Part shown: piece by piece, positions 35,443 to 44,632 of the stretch | How the letters are laid out: each line of letters opens with the position of its first letter | How positions within the stretch are numbered: position 1 is the first letter of the stretch | NCBI GenBank assembly: GCA_023460315.1 | Contig: JAEWQO010000096.1 | Coordinates: 8,587 to 72,586, forward strand | Source: Actinomycetes bacterium | GTDB lineage: Bacteria > Actinomycetota > Coriobacteriia > Coriobacteriales > Eggerthellaceae | Reading direction: 5' to 3' | DNA length: 64,000 nucleotides | Made by a program: the position numbers and the translations under genes | The notes under the pieces: generated by a model | Databases searched by the model: none | What the model was told of the DNA's origin: nothing | Seen by the model: the letters and a program-made list of their open reading frames with translations, nothing else

Positions 35443-37044
35443 TCAGCCCTGGAGCGCGATGGCAGCACCCACAAAATCACGGAACAACGGGTGCGGCCGC
35501 GTCGGGCGGCTCTTGAACTCGGGGTGTCCCTGGCTTGCCACGAACCACGGATGGTCCGCCAACTCCACCATCTCGACCAACCTGCCATTCGGGGAGATGC
35601 CCGAAACAACCAGGCCAGCCTCCTGAAGCCTGTCGCGATAGGCGTTGTTCACCTCGTAGCGATGGCGGTGACGCTCATAGATGACTTCCTCGCCGTAGGC
35701 CGCATAGGCTTTTGTGTCAGGAGAAACCTTGCAGGGATACGCGCCCAGACGCATGGTGCCCCCCTTGTCCTCAACATCCTCCTGCTCGGGCATGAGATCG
35801 ATGACGGGGAACTCGGCATCCTCTTCGAACTCGGCGGATGTCGCTCCCGGCATGTTGGCCACGTGACGGGCAAATTCGCAGACAGCCGCCTGCAGGCCCA
35901 AGCATATCCCCAGGAAAGGCACGTTATTCTCACGCGCGTAGCGAGCTGCCGCAATCTTGCCTTCAAAGGCGCGCTGCCCGAACCCGCCGGGTATCAAGAT
36001 GCCGTCCATGTCCTTCAGCATCTCGGACGCGTTGCCATCGTTCAGCTCCTCACCGTCAACCAGGTTCACGTTCACGTGGCAACCGTGATGCACGCCCGCA
36101 TGGCACAGCGCCTCGATGACCGACAAATAGGCGTCGGGCAGGCTCACGTATTTGCCCACGATGGCGATGTCTGCCTGCCGGTCGCAGTTGTCCGCCGCGG
36201 CCAAGAAGGAACGCATGGGTGAAAGATCGATGTCGCGGGATTCCAGATTGAGACGATCAAGCACCTTCACGTCGAATCCTTGGTCATACAAACCGATGGG
36301 AACCTCGTAGATGGAGGAGGCGTCGGTGCACGCCAACACTTCCTCGGGACGCACGTCGCAAAACAGCGCAATCTTCTCGCGCACCTTGTCCGATATCTCG
36401 TGGTCGCTGCGGCAGACGATGAAATCGGGCTGCACGCCGATGGAGCGCAGCTCCTTCACCGAATGCTGCGTGGGCTTGGTCTTTACCTCGTGAGCTGCGG
36501 CAATGTAGGGAACGAGGGTCACGTGCACGAACAGCACGTCGCCCAAGGGCTTTTCTTTCTTGAACTGGCGCGCCGCCTCGATGAAAGGGAGGGACTCGAT
36601 GTCGCCGATGGTGCCGCCGATCTCCGAAATGACGATGTCGGCGTTCGACTGTTCGGCAATGCGACGCAGACGCGCTTTGATGGCCTCAGTCACATGGGGA
36701 ATGACCTGAACGGTGCCGCCGAGGAAATCCCCCCGGCGCTCGCGCGCAATCAATCCCTGATAGATGGATCCTTGGGTGAAATTCGATTCGCGAGAGAGGT
36801 TCTCGTCGATGAACCGCTCGTAATGCCCCAAGTCGAGATCGCCCTCATGGCCGTCGTCGGTCACGAACACCTCGCCGTGTTGGAAGGGCGACATCGTACC
36901 CGGATCAACGTTGAGGTAGGGGTCCATCTTCTGCATGGTCACCTTATATCCGCGCGCCTTGAGCAGATGCCCGAGCGACGCTGCGGTGATGCCCTTGCCG
37001 AGCGACGAGACAACGCCTCCGGTCACGAAAATATGCTTGGCCAT
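35443..37044 (-). CDS. pyrG: CTP synthase PyrG
   Basis: ORF 35443..37116(-), with the start at ATG 37044 (MAKHIFVTGGVVSSLGKGITAASLG). GATase domain with GICLGLQ and the HRHRYEVN motif. Confidence 0.97.
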   Translation of the reverse strand: MAKHIFVTGGVVSSLGKGITAASLGHLLKARGYKVTMQKMDPYLNVDPGTMSPFQHGEVFVTDDGHEGDLDLGHYERFIDENLSRESNFTQGSIYQGLIARERRGDFLGGTVQVIPHVTEAIKARLRRIAEQSNADIVISEIGGTIGDIESLPFIEAARQFKKEKPLGDVLFVHVTLVPYIAAAHEVKTKPTQHSVKELRSIGVQPDFIVCRSDHEISDKVREKIALFCDVRPEEVLACTDASSIYEVPIGLYDQGFDVKVLDRLNLESRDIDLSPMRSFLAAADNCDRQADIAIVGKYVSLPDAYLSVIEALCHAGVHHGCHVNVNLVDGEELNDGNASEMLKDMDGILIPGGFGQRAFEGKIAAARYARENNVPFLGICLGLQAAVCEFARHVANMPGATSAEFEEDAEFPVIDLMPEQEDVEDKGGTMRLGAYPCKVSPDTKAYAAYGEEVIYERHRHRYEVNNAYRDRLQEAGLVVSGISPNGRLVEMVELADHPWFVASQGHPEFKSRPTRPHPLFRDFVGAAIALQG

Positions 37045-37095
37045 GGTTCTCCTTCTCATGTGTGTCATATGCTGCGGAGACGAGTCTTTCCTCGA

Positions 37096-37152
37096 CAATA
37101 AAAAACGCCCGGACAAGCTTCGAAACCGCTCTCCAAACGTTTTTCTATTCTA
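37096..37152 (-). promoter_or_regulatory. Candidate pyrG promoter (-10 TAGAAT) followed directly by a hairpin + U6 tract in the leader (possible attenuator)
   Basis: Minus strand: TAGAAT(37147-37152) AGAAAAACGUUUGGAGAGCGGUUUCGAAGCUUGUCCGGGCGUUUUUUAUUG. ACGUUUGGA can pair with UCCGGGCGU (several G.U pairs) and AGC with GCU. A run of six U follows, about 50 nt before the pyrG ATG. The stem is only moderately strong. Confidence 0.3.
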
Positions 37153-37453
37153 CTAGAAAAACAGCCTTTCTTGCCCGTCGTCTGAGAATTTCACATCTCA
37201 GAAACGACGACGTTTCCCCCACGTTTTCCTTTCGTGTACAGCAAGTTGACCGCACCCAGAATCCAGGCACGCAGCGCAGCGGGCACGAAGAGGGGGAACG
37301 TTCACAAGCGGCCTTCCCACCTGTCCCCAAGAGCTGCATATGGCATTCCCGGGTACGTTTTCTCACGCGCGGGAACCGATGATACACTGATCGCGTACCA
37401 CCCGGCACAAACAAGGTGGCGCAAGCGGATGAAGCGGCAACGGCTGCGACAGC

Positions 37454-37693
37454 TTGGAAGGAAACGCCATGATATTGGTAATGGGCACCGACAACGCGCT
37501 CACGTTGCGCGAGCAGCAGATTCTTTACCACATCGCCCGAGGGCTGTCCAACCGCGAGATATCTGCCAAGCTGTCTTTGTCCGAGCAGACCGTGAAGGTC
37601 CATCTGGCGAACATGCTGGCAAAGACCGAACGCACGAATCGCGCCGCCCTTGTGTCATATGGCTTTGAGCAAGGAATTCTACGCAGTCGATAG
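37454..37693 (+). CDS. Stand-alone LuxR/GerE-type HTH protein (79 aa)
   Basis: ORF 37454..37693(+). LTLREQQILYHIARGLSNREISAKLSLSEQTVKVHLANMLAKTERTNRAALV is the complete GerE/LuxR C-terminal HTH. There is no receiver or sensor domain. The exact start among M1/M6/M10 is uncertain. Confidence 0.75.
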   Translation: MEGNAMILVMGTDNALTLREQQILYHIARGLSNREISAKLSLSEQTVKVHLANMLAKTERTNRAALVSYGFEQGILRSR

Positions 37694-37920
37694 GAAGGGA
37701 CATCCCTTCGCCGTCCACCAGCCGCCACGGCCCGCCGAAAGGGGCGGAACAGATCCCGGCGCGAGCGACACGCCCCCTTCCGGATTTCCGAACTCCTTGA
37801 GCTTGCCGGAATCCATTCCCCGGACAGCCAGCCCCCCTCCGAGGCACGAGTTCCCCAACCGCCCGCTCGAACCTTCAGTGCACCTGCGGAAACGCAAAGA
37901 ATAACCCAAAAGAGCTATAC

Positions 37921-37940
37921 CCGGAGGCGCGCGCCTCCGG
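37921..37940. repeat. Perfect 20-bp palindrome CCGGAGGCGCGCGCCTCCGG
   Basis: 37921-37940 is identical to its own reverse complement (10+10). It lies between the LuxR-type gene and the first haem-operon gene, with no U/T tract on either side. Confidence 0.95.
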
Positions 37941-38019
37941 TAGCCTACTTCACAGACGAGGGCCATCACACACGAGTGGGAGTGTGCAGCGGCCTGACAA
38001 GACGAGAATTCGAGGTGTC

Positions 38020-38865
38020 ATGCCCCTAGTGTTTCTGACCATAGCCAGCGGTGTCCTCTACCTCTGCTCAGCGGCCGTTTGCGCCTATCAGCTGAAGCAC
38101 AAGACCGGACGATTTTCGGCCGGCGCGAAGGCAAGTTTCTTTGCCGCGCTGCTCATCCAGTCAATCACCATCGGCATCGCCTCGGCCTCGACGCAAGGAA
38201 CGTTGCTGCAGGGTCCCAACGTCCTCATGCTGGCCTCGTGGACCTTGGCCGTGGCGTTCACGTTCTTCGAGATCATCGTCAACAAGCCCTATGGCTACGG
38301 AGCGTTCGTCGTGCCCGTCGTCGCGCTCATGATGATAGTGGCAGAGCTGATGAACGCGTTCGCGGACGGCGCGGTGCTTTACAACCGCGTGTTCCAAGAC
38401 TGGCCTCTTTTGGTCGTCCACATCACCTGCTTCTTCATTGCCATCGCCTGTTTCGTCATCAGCGCGGTGGCCTCGGGCATGCTGGTATACCAGAACCATC
38501 TGGCCAAGAAGAAGAGCACAAAATTCCTGACCGTCCGCATGCCCGCGCTGAGCGCGCTCAAGAAGATCGCCACACGGACGGTATGCGTGGGCCTGCCGTT
38601 CTTCACGGCAGGCATGTTGTTGGGATTCACGCGCTACCTGGTGCTCTGGGGCACCATGGTGGGGGTGGGATGCGAGGGCAGCCTGTGGTACTTGGGACCC
38701 CGCATCACCTTGTCCATCGCCGTGTTTGCGGCATACTGCCTGTACCTGGCATACACCTACCTGATGCCGGGAAAGCTGTCGTCGCGCACGATGTCCTGGC
38801 TGTCCATCGCCGCGGCCATCGCGTCCATCGGACTGGCCGCCCTCTCGTCGACGGCCGTGATGTAG
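38020..38865 (+). CDS. hemX: Polytopic membrane protein, HemX / cytochrome-c-assembly (CcsA-like) family candidate
   Basis: ORF 37984..38865(+). GTG at 37984 is the first possible start; ATG 38020 (MPLVFLTIASG...) has GAGG 4 nt upstream. The protein has about 8 TM helices. It occupies the position of hemX in Bacillus-type hemAXCDBL operons. I could not verify the family by motif, so the call is positional. Confidence 0.5.
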   Translation: MPLVFLTIASGVLYLCSAAVCAYQLKHKTGRFSAGAKASFFAALLIQSITIGIASASTQGTLLQGPNVLMLASWTLAVAFTFFEIIVNKPYGYGAFVVPVVALMMIVAELMNAFADGAVLYNRVFQDWPLLVVHITCFFIAIACFVISAVASGMLVYQNHLAKKKSTKFLTVRMPALSALKKIATRTVCVGLPFFTAGMLLGFTRYLVLWGTMVGVGCEGSLWYLGPRITLSIAVFAAYCLYLAYTYLMPGKLSSRTMSWLSIAAAIASIGLAALSSTAVM

Positions 38866-39534
38866 ATGTCCTCCTACGCGAAACGCCGCTATCCCGCTTT
38901 CATCAGCCTGGACAATCAGCCGGTCGTCGTCATTGGAGCAGGAGCCGTGGCCGAACGCAAGGTTGATTCCCTGCTCTCCTATGGTGCCCGCGTGACGGTC
39001 GTTGCACCTCAGGCAACCCGTCACGTGACGCAGCTGGCTTCAGACGGAAAGGTCTCCTGGTTGGCGCGCGCCTACCGGCCGGGAGACCTCGAGGGTGCCC
39101 GTCTGGCCGTGTGCGCATGCGGCGTGCCTCGTGTCGACGCTCGGGTTCATGCCGAGGCGCACGACTGCAACTGCCTGGTCAACGTCGTCGACGTTCCCGA
39201 TCTGTGCGACTTCATCGTGCCCGCCGTGGTGGACCGGGGACCCTTGCAGATAGCCATATCGACATCAGGAGCAGCCCCCACCGTGGCCCAGCGCATCAAG
39301 CGCGAGATAGCGGACACCTACGGCAGCTACTGGGAGCGTTACCTGCTCTTGCTCGGAGAGGTGCGCGGCCTGGTCATGGCGCGCGTGCCCGGAGGAGAGG
39401 ATGCCCGGCGGCCGCTGTTCGAAGCCTGCGCGGCAAGCGACTTGGAAGCGCGTGTCGCGGCAGGCGAAGACCTCACCGCCGAAGCCGTCTACGAGCGCTA
39501 CCTTGCCCCGCTTATCGGGGAGGAGCGGGCATGA
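38866..39534 (+). CDS. sirC: Precorrin-2 dehydrogenase / sirohydrochlorin ferrochelatase (SirC / Met8 / CysG-N type)
   Basis: ORF 38866..39534(+), 222 aa. Rossmann VVVIGAGAVAERKV, then NVVDVPDLCDFIVPAVVDRGPLQIAISTSGAAPTVAQRIKREI, the siroheme-synthase N-domain pattern. Confidence 0.85.
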   Translation: MSSYAKRRYPAFISLDNQPVVVIGAGAVAERKVDSLLSYGARVTVVAPQATRHVTQLASDGKVSWLARAYRPGDLEGARLAVCACGVPRVDARVHAEAHDCNCLVNVVDVPDLCDFIVPAVVDRGPLQIAISTSGAAPTVAQRIKREIADTYGSYWERYLLLLGEVRGLVMARVPGGEDARRPLFEACAASDLEARVAAGEDLTAEAVYERYLAPLIGEERA

Positions 39535-40805
39535 GCATCGCGTTTGTGGGGCTCAACCATAAGACGGCGTCAGTCACCATGCGAGAGCGGGTGGGCTTCT
39601 CTGACACGTGTCTGCCCGATGCCTTGGCCACCCTCCTTGCATGCGCCGACATCGAGGAAGCCGTCATTCTGTCGACCTGCAACCGCACCGAGATCTATGC
39701 CTCGATTCGCGACCATGCAAGCGGCTTTGATCTGCTGACGGATTTCATCAGCAGCTACAAAAACGTGAGCGCGCACGAGCTGATTCCCCACCTGTATGCA
39801 GGCGACGGTCTCGATGCGGCAACCCACCTGTTCAACGTCGTGTGCTCCCTTGATTCACTCGTGTTGGGCGAACAACAGATACTCGGGCAGGTGAGGAAGG
39901 CATTTGCCACCGCTTCGGAAAACGGCGCCACCGGCAAGGTGCTCAACCGCCTGTTTCACCAAGCCCTTGGCGTCGGCAAGGGCGTGCGCTCGGAAACCGA
40001 CATCAGCAAGAGCCACGTGTCCGTGTCCACCGTGGCCGTCGACCTGGCCAAGCGGGTATTCGAAGATTTGGACCGCCGCACGGTGCTCGTGCTGGGTGCC
40101 GGCGAGATGGGAACGCTCGCAGCACGGTATCTGACCGAGCAGAACGTGGGTTCGGTCATCGTGACCAATCGCACCTACGATCGTGCGCTTGCCGTGGCAA
40201 GCGAGCTGGGTGGACGGGCCTCACGATTTGATGACCTGGTAGAATGCTTGGGACTGGCCGATATCGTGATCTCGTCCACCTCGGCGTCCCACTATCTCAT
40301 AACGCCTCAGATACTCAAGCGTGCGCCGCGGCGAAAGGGCCGCTCCCTGCTGCTGATAGACATCGCCATGCCCCGCGACATCGATCCCGCCTGCGAACGC
40401 CTCGACGATGTGTTCCTGTATGGAATGGACGACCTGGAAGCAATCGTGCGAGAAAACCAGGTCGGACGAGAGCTGGCGGCGCGGCAAGCTGCCAGCATGG
40501 TGGGCGACGAAGTGCGCGAGTTCGCCGATTGGCTGGAGATATGCGACGCCGCCCCCACCATACAGGCGCTGCGCGAGCGGGCTGAATCAATCAGGGACGC
40601 CGAGGTGGCGCGACTGATGAAGCATGCAAAGGACCTTGACGAGAAGGATCGGCAAAGCGTTGAGGCCATGGCGAATGCCCTGGTGAACAAGTTGCTCCAT
40701 GCGCCCATCAAGACGCTGCGTGAGCGGGCGGGAACAGCGGACGGGGTTCGCTACGCACGTGCCGTGCGAGACCTGTTCAACCTCGATGAATCGGAGAAAC
40801 GATGA
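39531..40805 (+). CDS. hemA: Glutamyl-tRNA reductase HemA
   Basis: Internal ATG 39531 of ORF 39111..40805 (MSIAFVGLNHKTASVTMRERV...), with an ATGA overlap with the sirC stop. Active-site STCNRTEIY, NADPH site VLGAGEMG. Confidence 0.93.
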   Translation: MSIAFVGLNHKTASVTMRERVGFSDTCLPDALATLLACADIEEAVILSTCNRTEIYASIRDHASGFDLLTDFISSYKNVSAHELIPHLYAGDGLDAATHLFNVVCSLDSLVLGEQQILGQVRKAFATASENGATGKVLNRLFHQALGVGKGVRSETDISKSHVSVSTVAVDLAKRVFEDLDRRTVLVLGAGEMGTLAARYLTEQNVGSVIVTNRTYDRALAVASELGGRASRFDDLVECLGLADIVISSTSASHYLITPQILKRAPRRKGRSLLLIDIAMPRDIDPACERLDDVFLYGMDDLEAIVRENQVGRELAARQAASMVGDEVREFADWLEICDAAPTIQALRERAESIRDAEVARLMKHAKDLDEKDRQSVEAMANALVNKLLHAPIKTLRERAGTADGVRYARAVRDLFNLDESEKR

Positions 40806-41722
40806 AAGCCAAGCTGACCGTCGGAACGCGCGGGAGCAAGCTTGCCCTCTGGCAGGCGCATCAGGTGATTGACCTGTTGAGGGCCAGCCACCCCGAACGG
40901 GAATTCGACCTCAGGGTCATCCGCACAAGCGGCGACAGAAACCTTGAGGTCGCCCTATCGCAAGTAGGCGGGAAAGGTCTGTTCACCAAAGAACTTGAGC
41001 GCGCCTTGCTCGCGGGAGAGGTGGATTTGTGCGTGCACTCCATGAAGGATGTGCCCACCGTCTTGCCCGAAGGATTGGCAATAACCGCCATGCTGCCGCG
41101 CGCTGACGTGCGCGATGCCCTGATTGGATTCGGGGGACTCACGTTTGCCGAGCTGCCCGCCGGATCGCGCGTGGCCACCGGATCAGTGCGACGGACGGCT
41201 CAGCTGAACGCGCTGCGACCCGACCTTGTCTTCTGCGACATTCGCGGCAACGTGGAGACGCGCATTGGAAAAGTGAGGGACGGCATGTTTGATGCCACGG
41301 TCCTGGCGGTTGCCGGAGTGGAGCGCATGTCCTTGGGTTCCTGCATCGCCGAGCGCTTCCCCACCGACGTCATGGTGCCCGCCGTGGGACAGGGAGCCAT
41401 CGGCATCGAGACGCGCGAGGATGACGAGGACACCCTTGCGACAATCGCCGCCATCTCCTGCGCCGACACCATGAGGGACGTAGGCGCGGAACGGATCGTC
41501 ATGCGCGCTCTGGAGGGAGGCTGCCAAGTGCCCCTTGGCGCCTATGCGCGTGAAGAGGCGGGCACTTACTCCTTCGATGCGTTCGTGAGCTCGCTCGACG
41601 GCTCACAAGTCGCACAGGTGAGTCTGGCTGGACGCGCCGACGATGCACATGAACTGGCCTTACAGGCCGTGGATGAGCTCCTGTCACAAGGGGCGCTCGC
41701 TCTATTGGAGGCCATGCGATGA
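40802..41722 (+). CDS. hemC: Hydroxymethylbilane synthase (porphobilinogen deaminase) HemC
   Basis: ORF 40802..41722(+), 306 aa. LTVGTRGSKLALWQA, HSMKDVPT, EGGCQVPLGAYA (dipyrromethane Cys). ATGA overlap with hemA. Confidence 0.95.
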   Translation: MKAKLTVGTRGSKLALWQAHQVIDLLRASHPEREFDLRVIRTSGDRNLEVALSQVGGKGLFTKELERALLAGEVDLCVHSMKDVPTVLPEGLAITAMLPRADVRDALIGFGGLTFAELPAGSRVATGSVRRTAQLNALRPDLVFCDIRGNVETRIGKVRDGMFDATVLAVAGVERMSLGSCIAERFPTDVMVPAVGQGAIGIETREDDEDTLATIAAISCADTMRDVGAERIVMRALEGGCQVPLGAYAREEAGTYSFDAFVSSLDGSQVAQVSLAGRADDAHELALQAVDELLSQGALALLEAMR

Positions 41723-43257
41723 GAACAAATCCGGTCTATCTGGTGGGTGCCGGTCCGGGCGATCCCGACCTCATAACCGTGCGCGGCCGCACGGTGCTGG
41801 CAGCCGCCGACGTCGTCGTCTACGACTATCTGGCAAACGATGCCTTGCTGAAGCTTGCGCGCCCGACAGCCCATCTGATATTTGTCGGGAAAAAAGGATT
41901 CAGCGAGCATGTGACGCAAGCCGAGATCAACGCCTGCCTGATTGAAAAGGCAACCGAAAACGAGCGTGCGGTGATCGTGCGCCTGAAGGGCGGTGACCCC
42001 TTCGTGTTCGGCCGCGGTGGAGAAGAGGCGCTCGCCCTGGCAAACGAGGGCATTCCCTTCGAGGTGATACCGGGCGTGACGGCCGGCGTGGCCTCTCCCG
42101 CCTCTGCGGGAATCCCCGTCACGCACCGGGGCATCGCCAGTTCCGTCACGTTCGTCACGGGACACGAAACGCCCGAGAAGGAGGAAAGCGCCCTCGATTG
42201 GCAGCATCTCGCCCTCGGCGCAGACACGCTCTGCTTCTATATGGGCGTTCGCAACCTGCCCTTGATCACCTCACGCCTGATGGAGGCGGGACGCAAGCCC
42301 GAAACTCCCGTGGCGCTCGTGCGCTGGGGATCGCTTCCCCTGCAAGAGGTGCTCACCTCGACCTTAAGCCGGGCTGCAGAGGACGCACGGGCAGCAGACT
42401 TCCAAGCGCCGGCCATCATCGTGGTGGGTGACGTCGTGGCCCTGCGCGACAAGCTTGCCTGGTTCGAGCGGCGTCCTCTGCACGGAATGCGCATCGCCGT
42501 CACCCGGGCCTCCGCCCAGGCATCGAACACCGTGGCTCAGCTGGCCGCCGAGGGCGCCGACGTGTTCGAATTTCCCACCATACGCGTGGAGAGCCTCGGC
42601 ATGACCAAACAGGTCATGCGGGCGATAGACGAGCTTCCCTCGTATGACTGGGTGCTTTTCACCAGCAGAAACGGTGTCGATTCCTTTTTTGCCGCCCTCG
42701 ATGCGCGCGGCCTTGACGCACGGGCCTTCGGCACAGCCCGCATCGCCGCAATCGGACCCGCCACCGGAGCCGCCCTTGAGGAGCGTCATCTGCACGCCGA
42801 CCTCATGCCCGAGCGATACGTGGCCGAAGAGGCCGCCGCGGCGCTGATTGCCACCGGCATGGACGGCAAACGGGTGCTCATCCCCCGCGCCGAGGAGGCT
42901 CGCGAGGCCCTGCCGGACCTGCTGCGCGAGGCCGGTGCCTCCCCCGACGTCGTGGCGGTCTACCGCACGGTCAGGGACGACACCGCACAGGCGGACGAAT
43001 TTGCCGATCGGCTGCAGAGAGGCGCCCTCGACGCCGTGACGTTCACCTCGTCGTCCACGGTGCGCAACTGCGTCGCGTTGCTGACGCGCGCCTGCGGGTC
43101 GGAGAGCAAGGCGTGCGACCTGCTCAACGGCACGAAACTGTTCTCCATTGGCCCCATCACGTCAGCAACCTTGGCCGAGCGGGGGCTCCGCCTCACCGCC
43201 GAAGCGGAAAGATACACCATCGACGGCCTGGTGGCCGTTTTGAGAAAGGACCGGTAA
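41719..43257 (+). CDS. cobA-hemD: Bifunctional uroporphyrinogen-III C-methyltransferase / uroporphyrinogen-III synthase (CobA-HemD fusion)
   Basis: ORF 41719..43257(+), 512 aa. The N-half carries SUMT motifs VYLVGAGPGDPDLITVRG and RLKGGDPFVFGRGGEE. The C-half from about aa 255 (LHGMRIAVTRA...) is HemD-like. Confidence 0.92.
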   Translation: MRTNPVYLVGAGPGDPDLITVRGRTVLAAADVVVYDYLANDALLKLARPTAHLIFVGKKGFSEHVTQAEINACLIEKATENERAVIVRLKGGDPFVFGRGGEEALALANEGIPFEVIPGVTAGVASPASAGIPVTHRGIASSVTFVTGHETPEKEESALDWQHLALGADTLCFYMGVRNLPLITSRLMEAGRKPETPVALVRWGSLPLQEVLTSTLSRAAEDARAADFQAPAIIVVGDVVALRDKLAWFERRPLHGMRIAVTRASAQASNTVAQLAAEGADVFEFPTIRVESLGMTKQVMRAIDELPSYDWVLFTSRNGVDSFFAALDARGLDARAFGTARIAAIGPATGAALEERHLHADLMPERYVAEEAAAALIATGMDGKRVLIPRAEEAREALPDLLREAGASPDVVAVYRTVRDDTAQADEFADRLQRGALDAVTFTSSSTVRNCVALLTRACGSESKACDLLNGTKLFSIGPITSATLAERGLRLTAEAERYTIDGLVAVLRKDR

Positions 43258-43258
43258 G

Positions 43259-44629
43259 ATGATCGGCATCTCCAAGCTGTACTGCGGCGCCGTGGAAGCG
43301 TCCGACGTGCTGCGCTACAACCGCGAATCGAAAAAGTTGCCCAGTGATCTGTTGCAGTTCTCGGCAGACAAGAAGCCCATTGTGGTGTGGAACTGCACGC
43401 GCACCTGCAACCTGAAATGCGTCCATTGCTATGCGGGATCGGATGCCCAACGCTATGACGAGCTTTCCACTGCGGAAGCCAAGTCGCTGATAGATGATCT
43501 GGCAGCCTTCGGGGCACCGGTGCTTCTGTTCAGCGGCGGAGAGCCCTGCCTGAGACACGACCTCGTCGAGCTCATGCGCCATGCCAAGGACAGCGGCATG
43601 CGCGTGGTCATCTCAACCAACGGCACCATGATCACTCCCGCCCTTGCGCGTCAGTTTGCCGACGTCGGCCTGTCTTACGTGGGAGTGTCCTTGGACGGCG
43701 GCCGCGCGACCCACGATCGGTTCCGCGGCGTGGCGGGAGCCTTTGACCGGTCTCTCGAAGGCATACGCGTCGCCAAGGCAGCGGGCATCAAGGTGGGTCT
43801 GCGCATGACTATCAACAAGATGAACTGGGAAGACATTAACGACATCTTCGATCTCATGGAAGCGGAAGACATCAATCGAGCCTGCTTCTACCATCTCGTG
43901 TACACCGGCCGCGGAAGCAAGCTCATGAACGAGGACCTGGACCACGAGGAGACCCGTCGCGCCGTGCGTCTGATCATGGACCGCACGCGCGCCTGGTTCG
44001 ACCGCGGAGGCACGCCCGAGGTGCTGACGGTCGACAACCACGCCGACGGGCCTTTCGTCTACACCGAGCTGCTGCACGAGGATCCCGCGCGCGCAGCCGA
44101 AGTGCTGCAGCTGCTGCAGTGGAATCGCGGGAACTCCACCGGTGCCGGCATCGCCTCGGTCAGCTGGGACGGAGAGGTGTATGCTGACCAGTTCTGGCGG
44201 CATTTCAGCTTTGGCAATGTGCGCACCCGACCCTTCAGCGAGATATGGACTGACGTGAGCCGCACCACGCCGGCGAGCGAACTCATGTTCCGGCTGAAGG
44301 ACAAACGGCCGTTTGTGAAAGGACGATGTGCCCGTTGCCGGTGGCTCGACATCTGCAACGGCAACTTTCGCGTGCGGGCGGAAGCAGCAACGGGAGACCT
44401 CTGGGCAAGCGATCCCGCCTGCTATCTGACCGACGAGGAAATAGGGCTTTCGTCCGAGGATATTCGCGCCGTCGCAGCCGAGGACAAGGCCCGCGCAGAG
44501 CGCATGGCCTTCCTCGACGCGCAGGACGCACCCTATGAGGCCCTGGCAGACATCATGCCGTCGAATGCCGCAGCCCCCTCCGGAGCAACGTGCGTCCCGA
44601 CCCTGGCCGACACGAAGAACGAGGCATAG
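43259..44629 (+). CDS. ahbC: Radical SAM/SPASM protein, NirJ family; candidate AhbC (12,18-didecarboxysiroheme deacetylating enzyme)
   Basis: ORF 43259..44629(+), 456 aa. VVWNCTRTCNLKCVHCY cluster motif, FSGGEPCLRHD, and a C-terminal Cys motif KGRCARCRWLDICNG. It is embedded between cobA-hemD and hemB. The AhbC versus AhbD assignment is inferred. Confidence 0.6.
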   Translation: MIGISKLYCGAVEASDVLRYNRESKKLPSDLLQFSADKKPIVVWNCTRTCNLKCVHCYAGSDAQRYDELSTAEAKSLIDDLAAFGAPVLLFSGGEPCLRHDLVELMRHAKDSGMRVVISTNGTMITPALARQFADVGLSYVGVSLDGGRATHDRFRGVAGAFDRSLEGIRVAKAAGIKVGLRMTINKMNWEDINDIFDLMEAEDINRACFYHLVYTGRGSKLMNEDLDHEETRRAVRLIMDRTRAWFDRGGTPEVLTVDNHADGPFVYTELLHEDPARAAEVLQLLQWNRGNSTGAGIASVSWDGEVYADQFWRHFSFGNVRTRPFSEIWTDVSRTTPASELMFRLKDKRPFVKGRCARCRWLDICNGNFRVRAEAATGDLWASDPACYLTDEEIGLSSEDIRAVAAEDKARAERMAFLDAQDAPYEALADIMPSNAAAPSGATCVPTLADTKNEA

Positions 44630-44632
44630 ACC

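Noticed and set aside
34180-36222. A 680-aa plus-strand ORF spanning the xerD and pyrG regions. Similar long antisense ORFs occur elsewhere, e.g. 2789-4360, 20358-22022, 23423-24751, 28664-29779, 30095-31636, 43613-44800 and 49815-51224.
   Set aside because: All lie opposite genes with strong family signatures. They have Arg/Gly/His-rich low-complexity composition and no start-site context. They are treated as shadow ORFs.
37045-37453. The strand switch, with nearly all genes leftward to the left of it and the haem operon rightward to the right. It was considered as a possible replication origin.
   Set aside because: No DnaA-box-like TTATCCACA/TGTGGATAA motifs or AT-rich unwinding element are present in the gap, and no dnaA/dnaN is nearby. 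Gene orientation to the right becomes mixed after 48 kb. A simple divergent promoter region is the more economical explanation.
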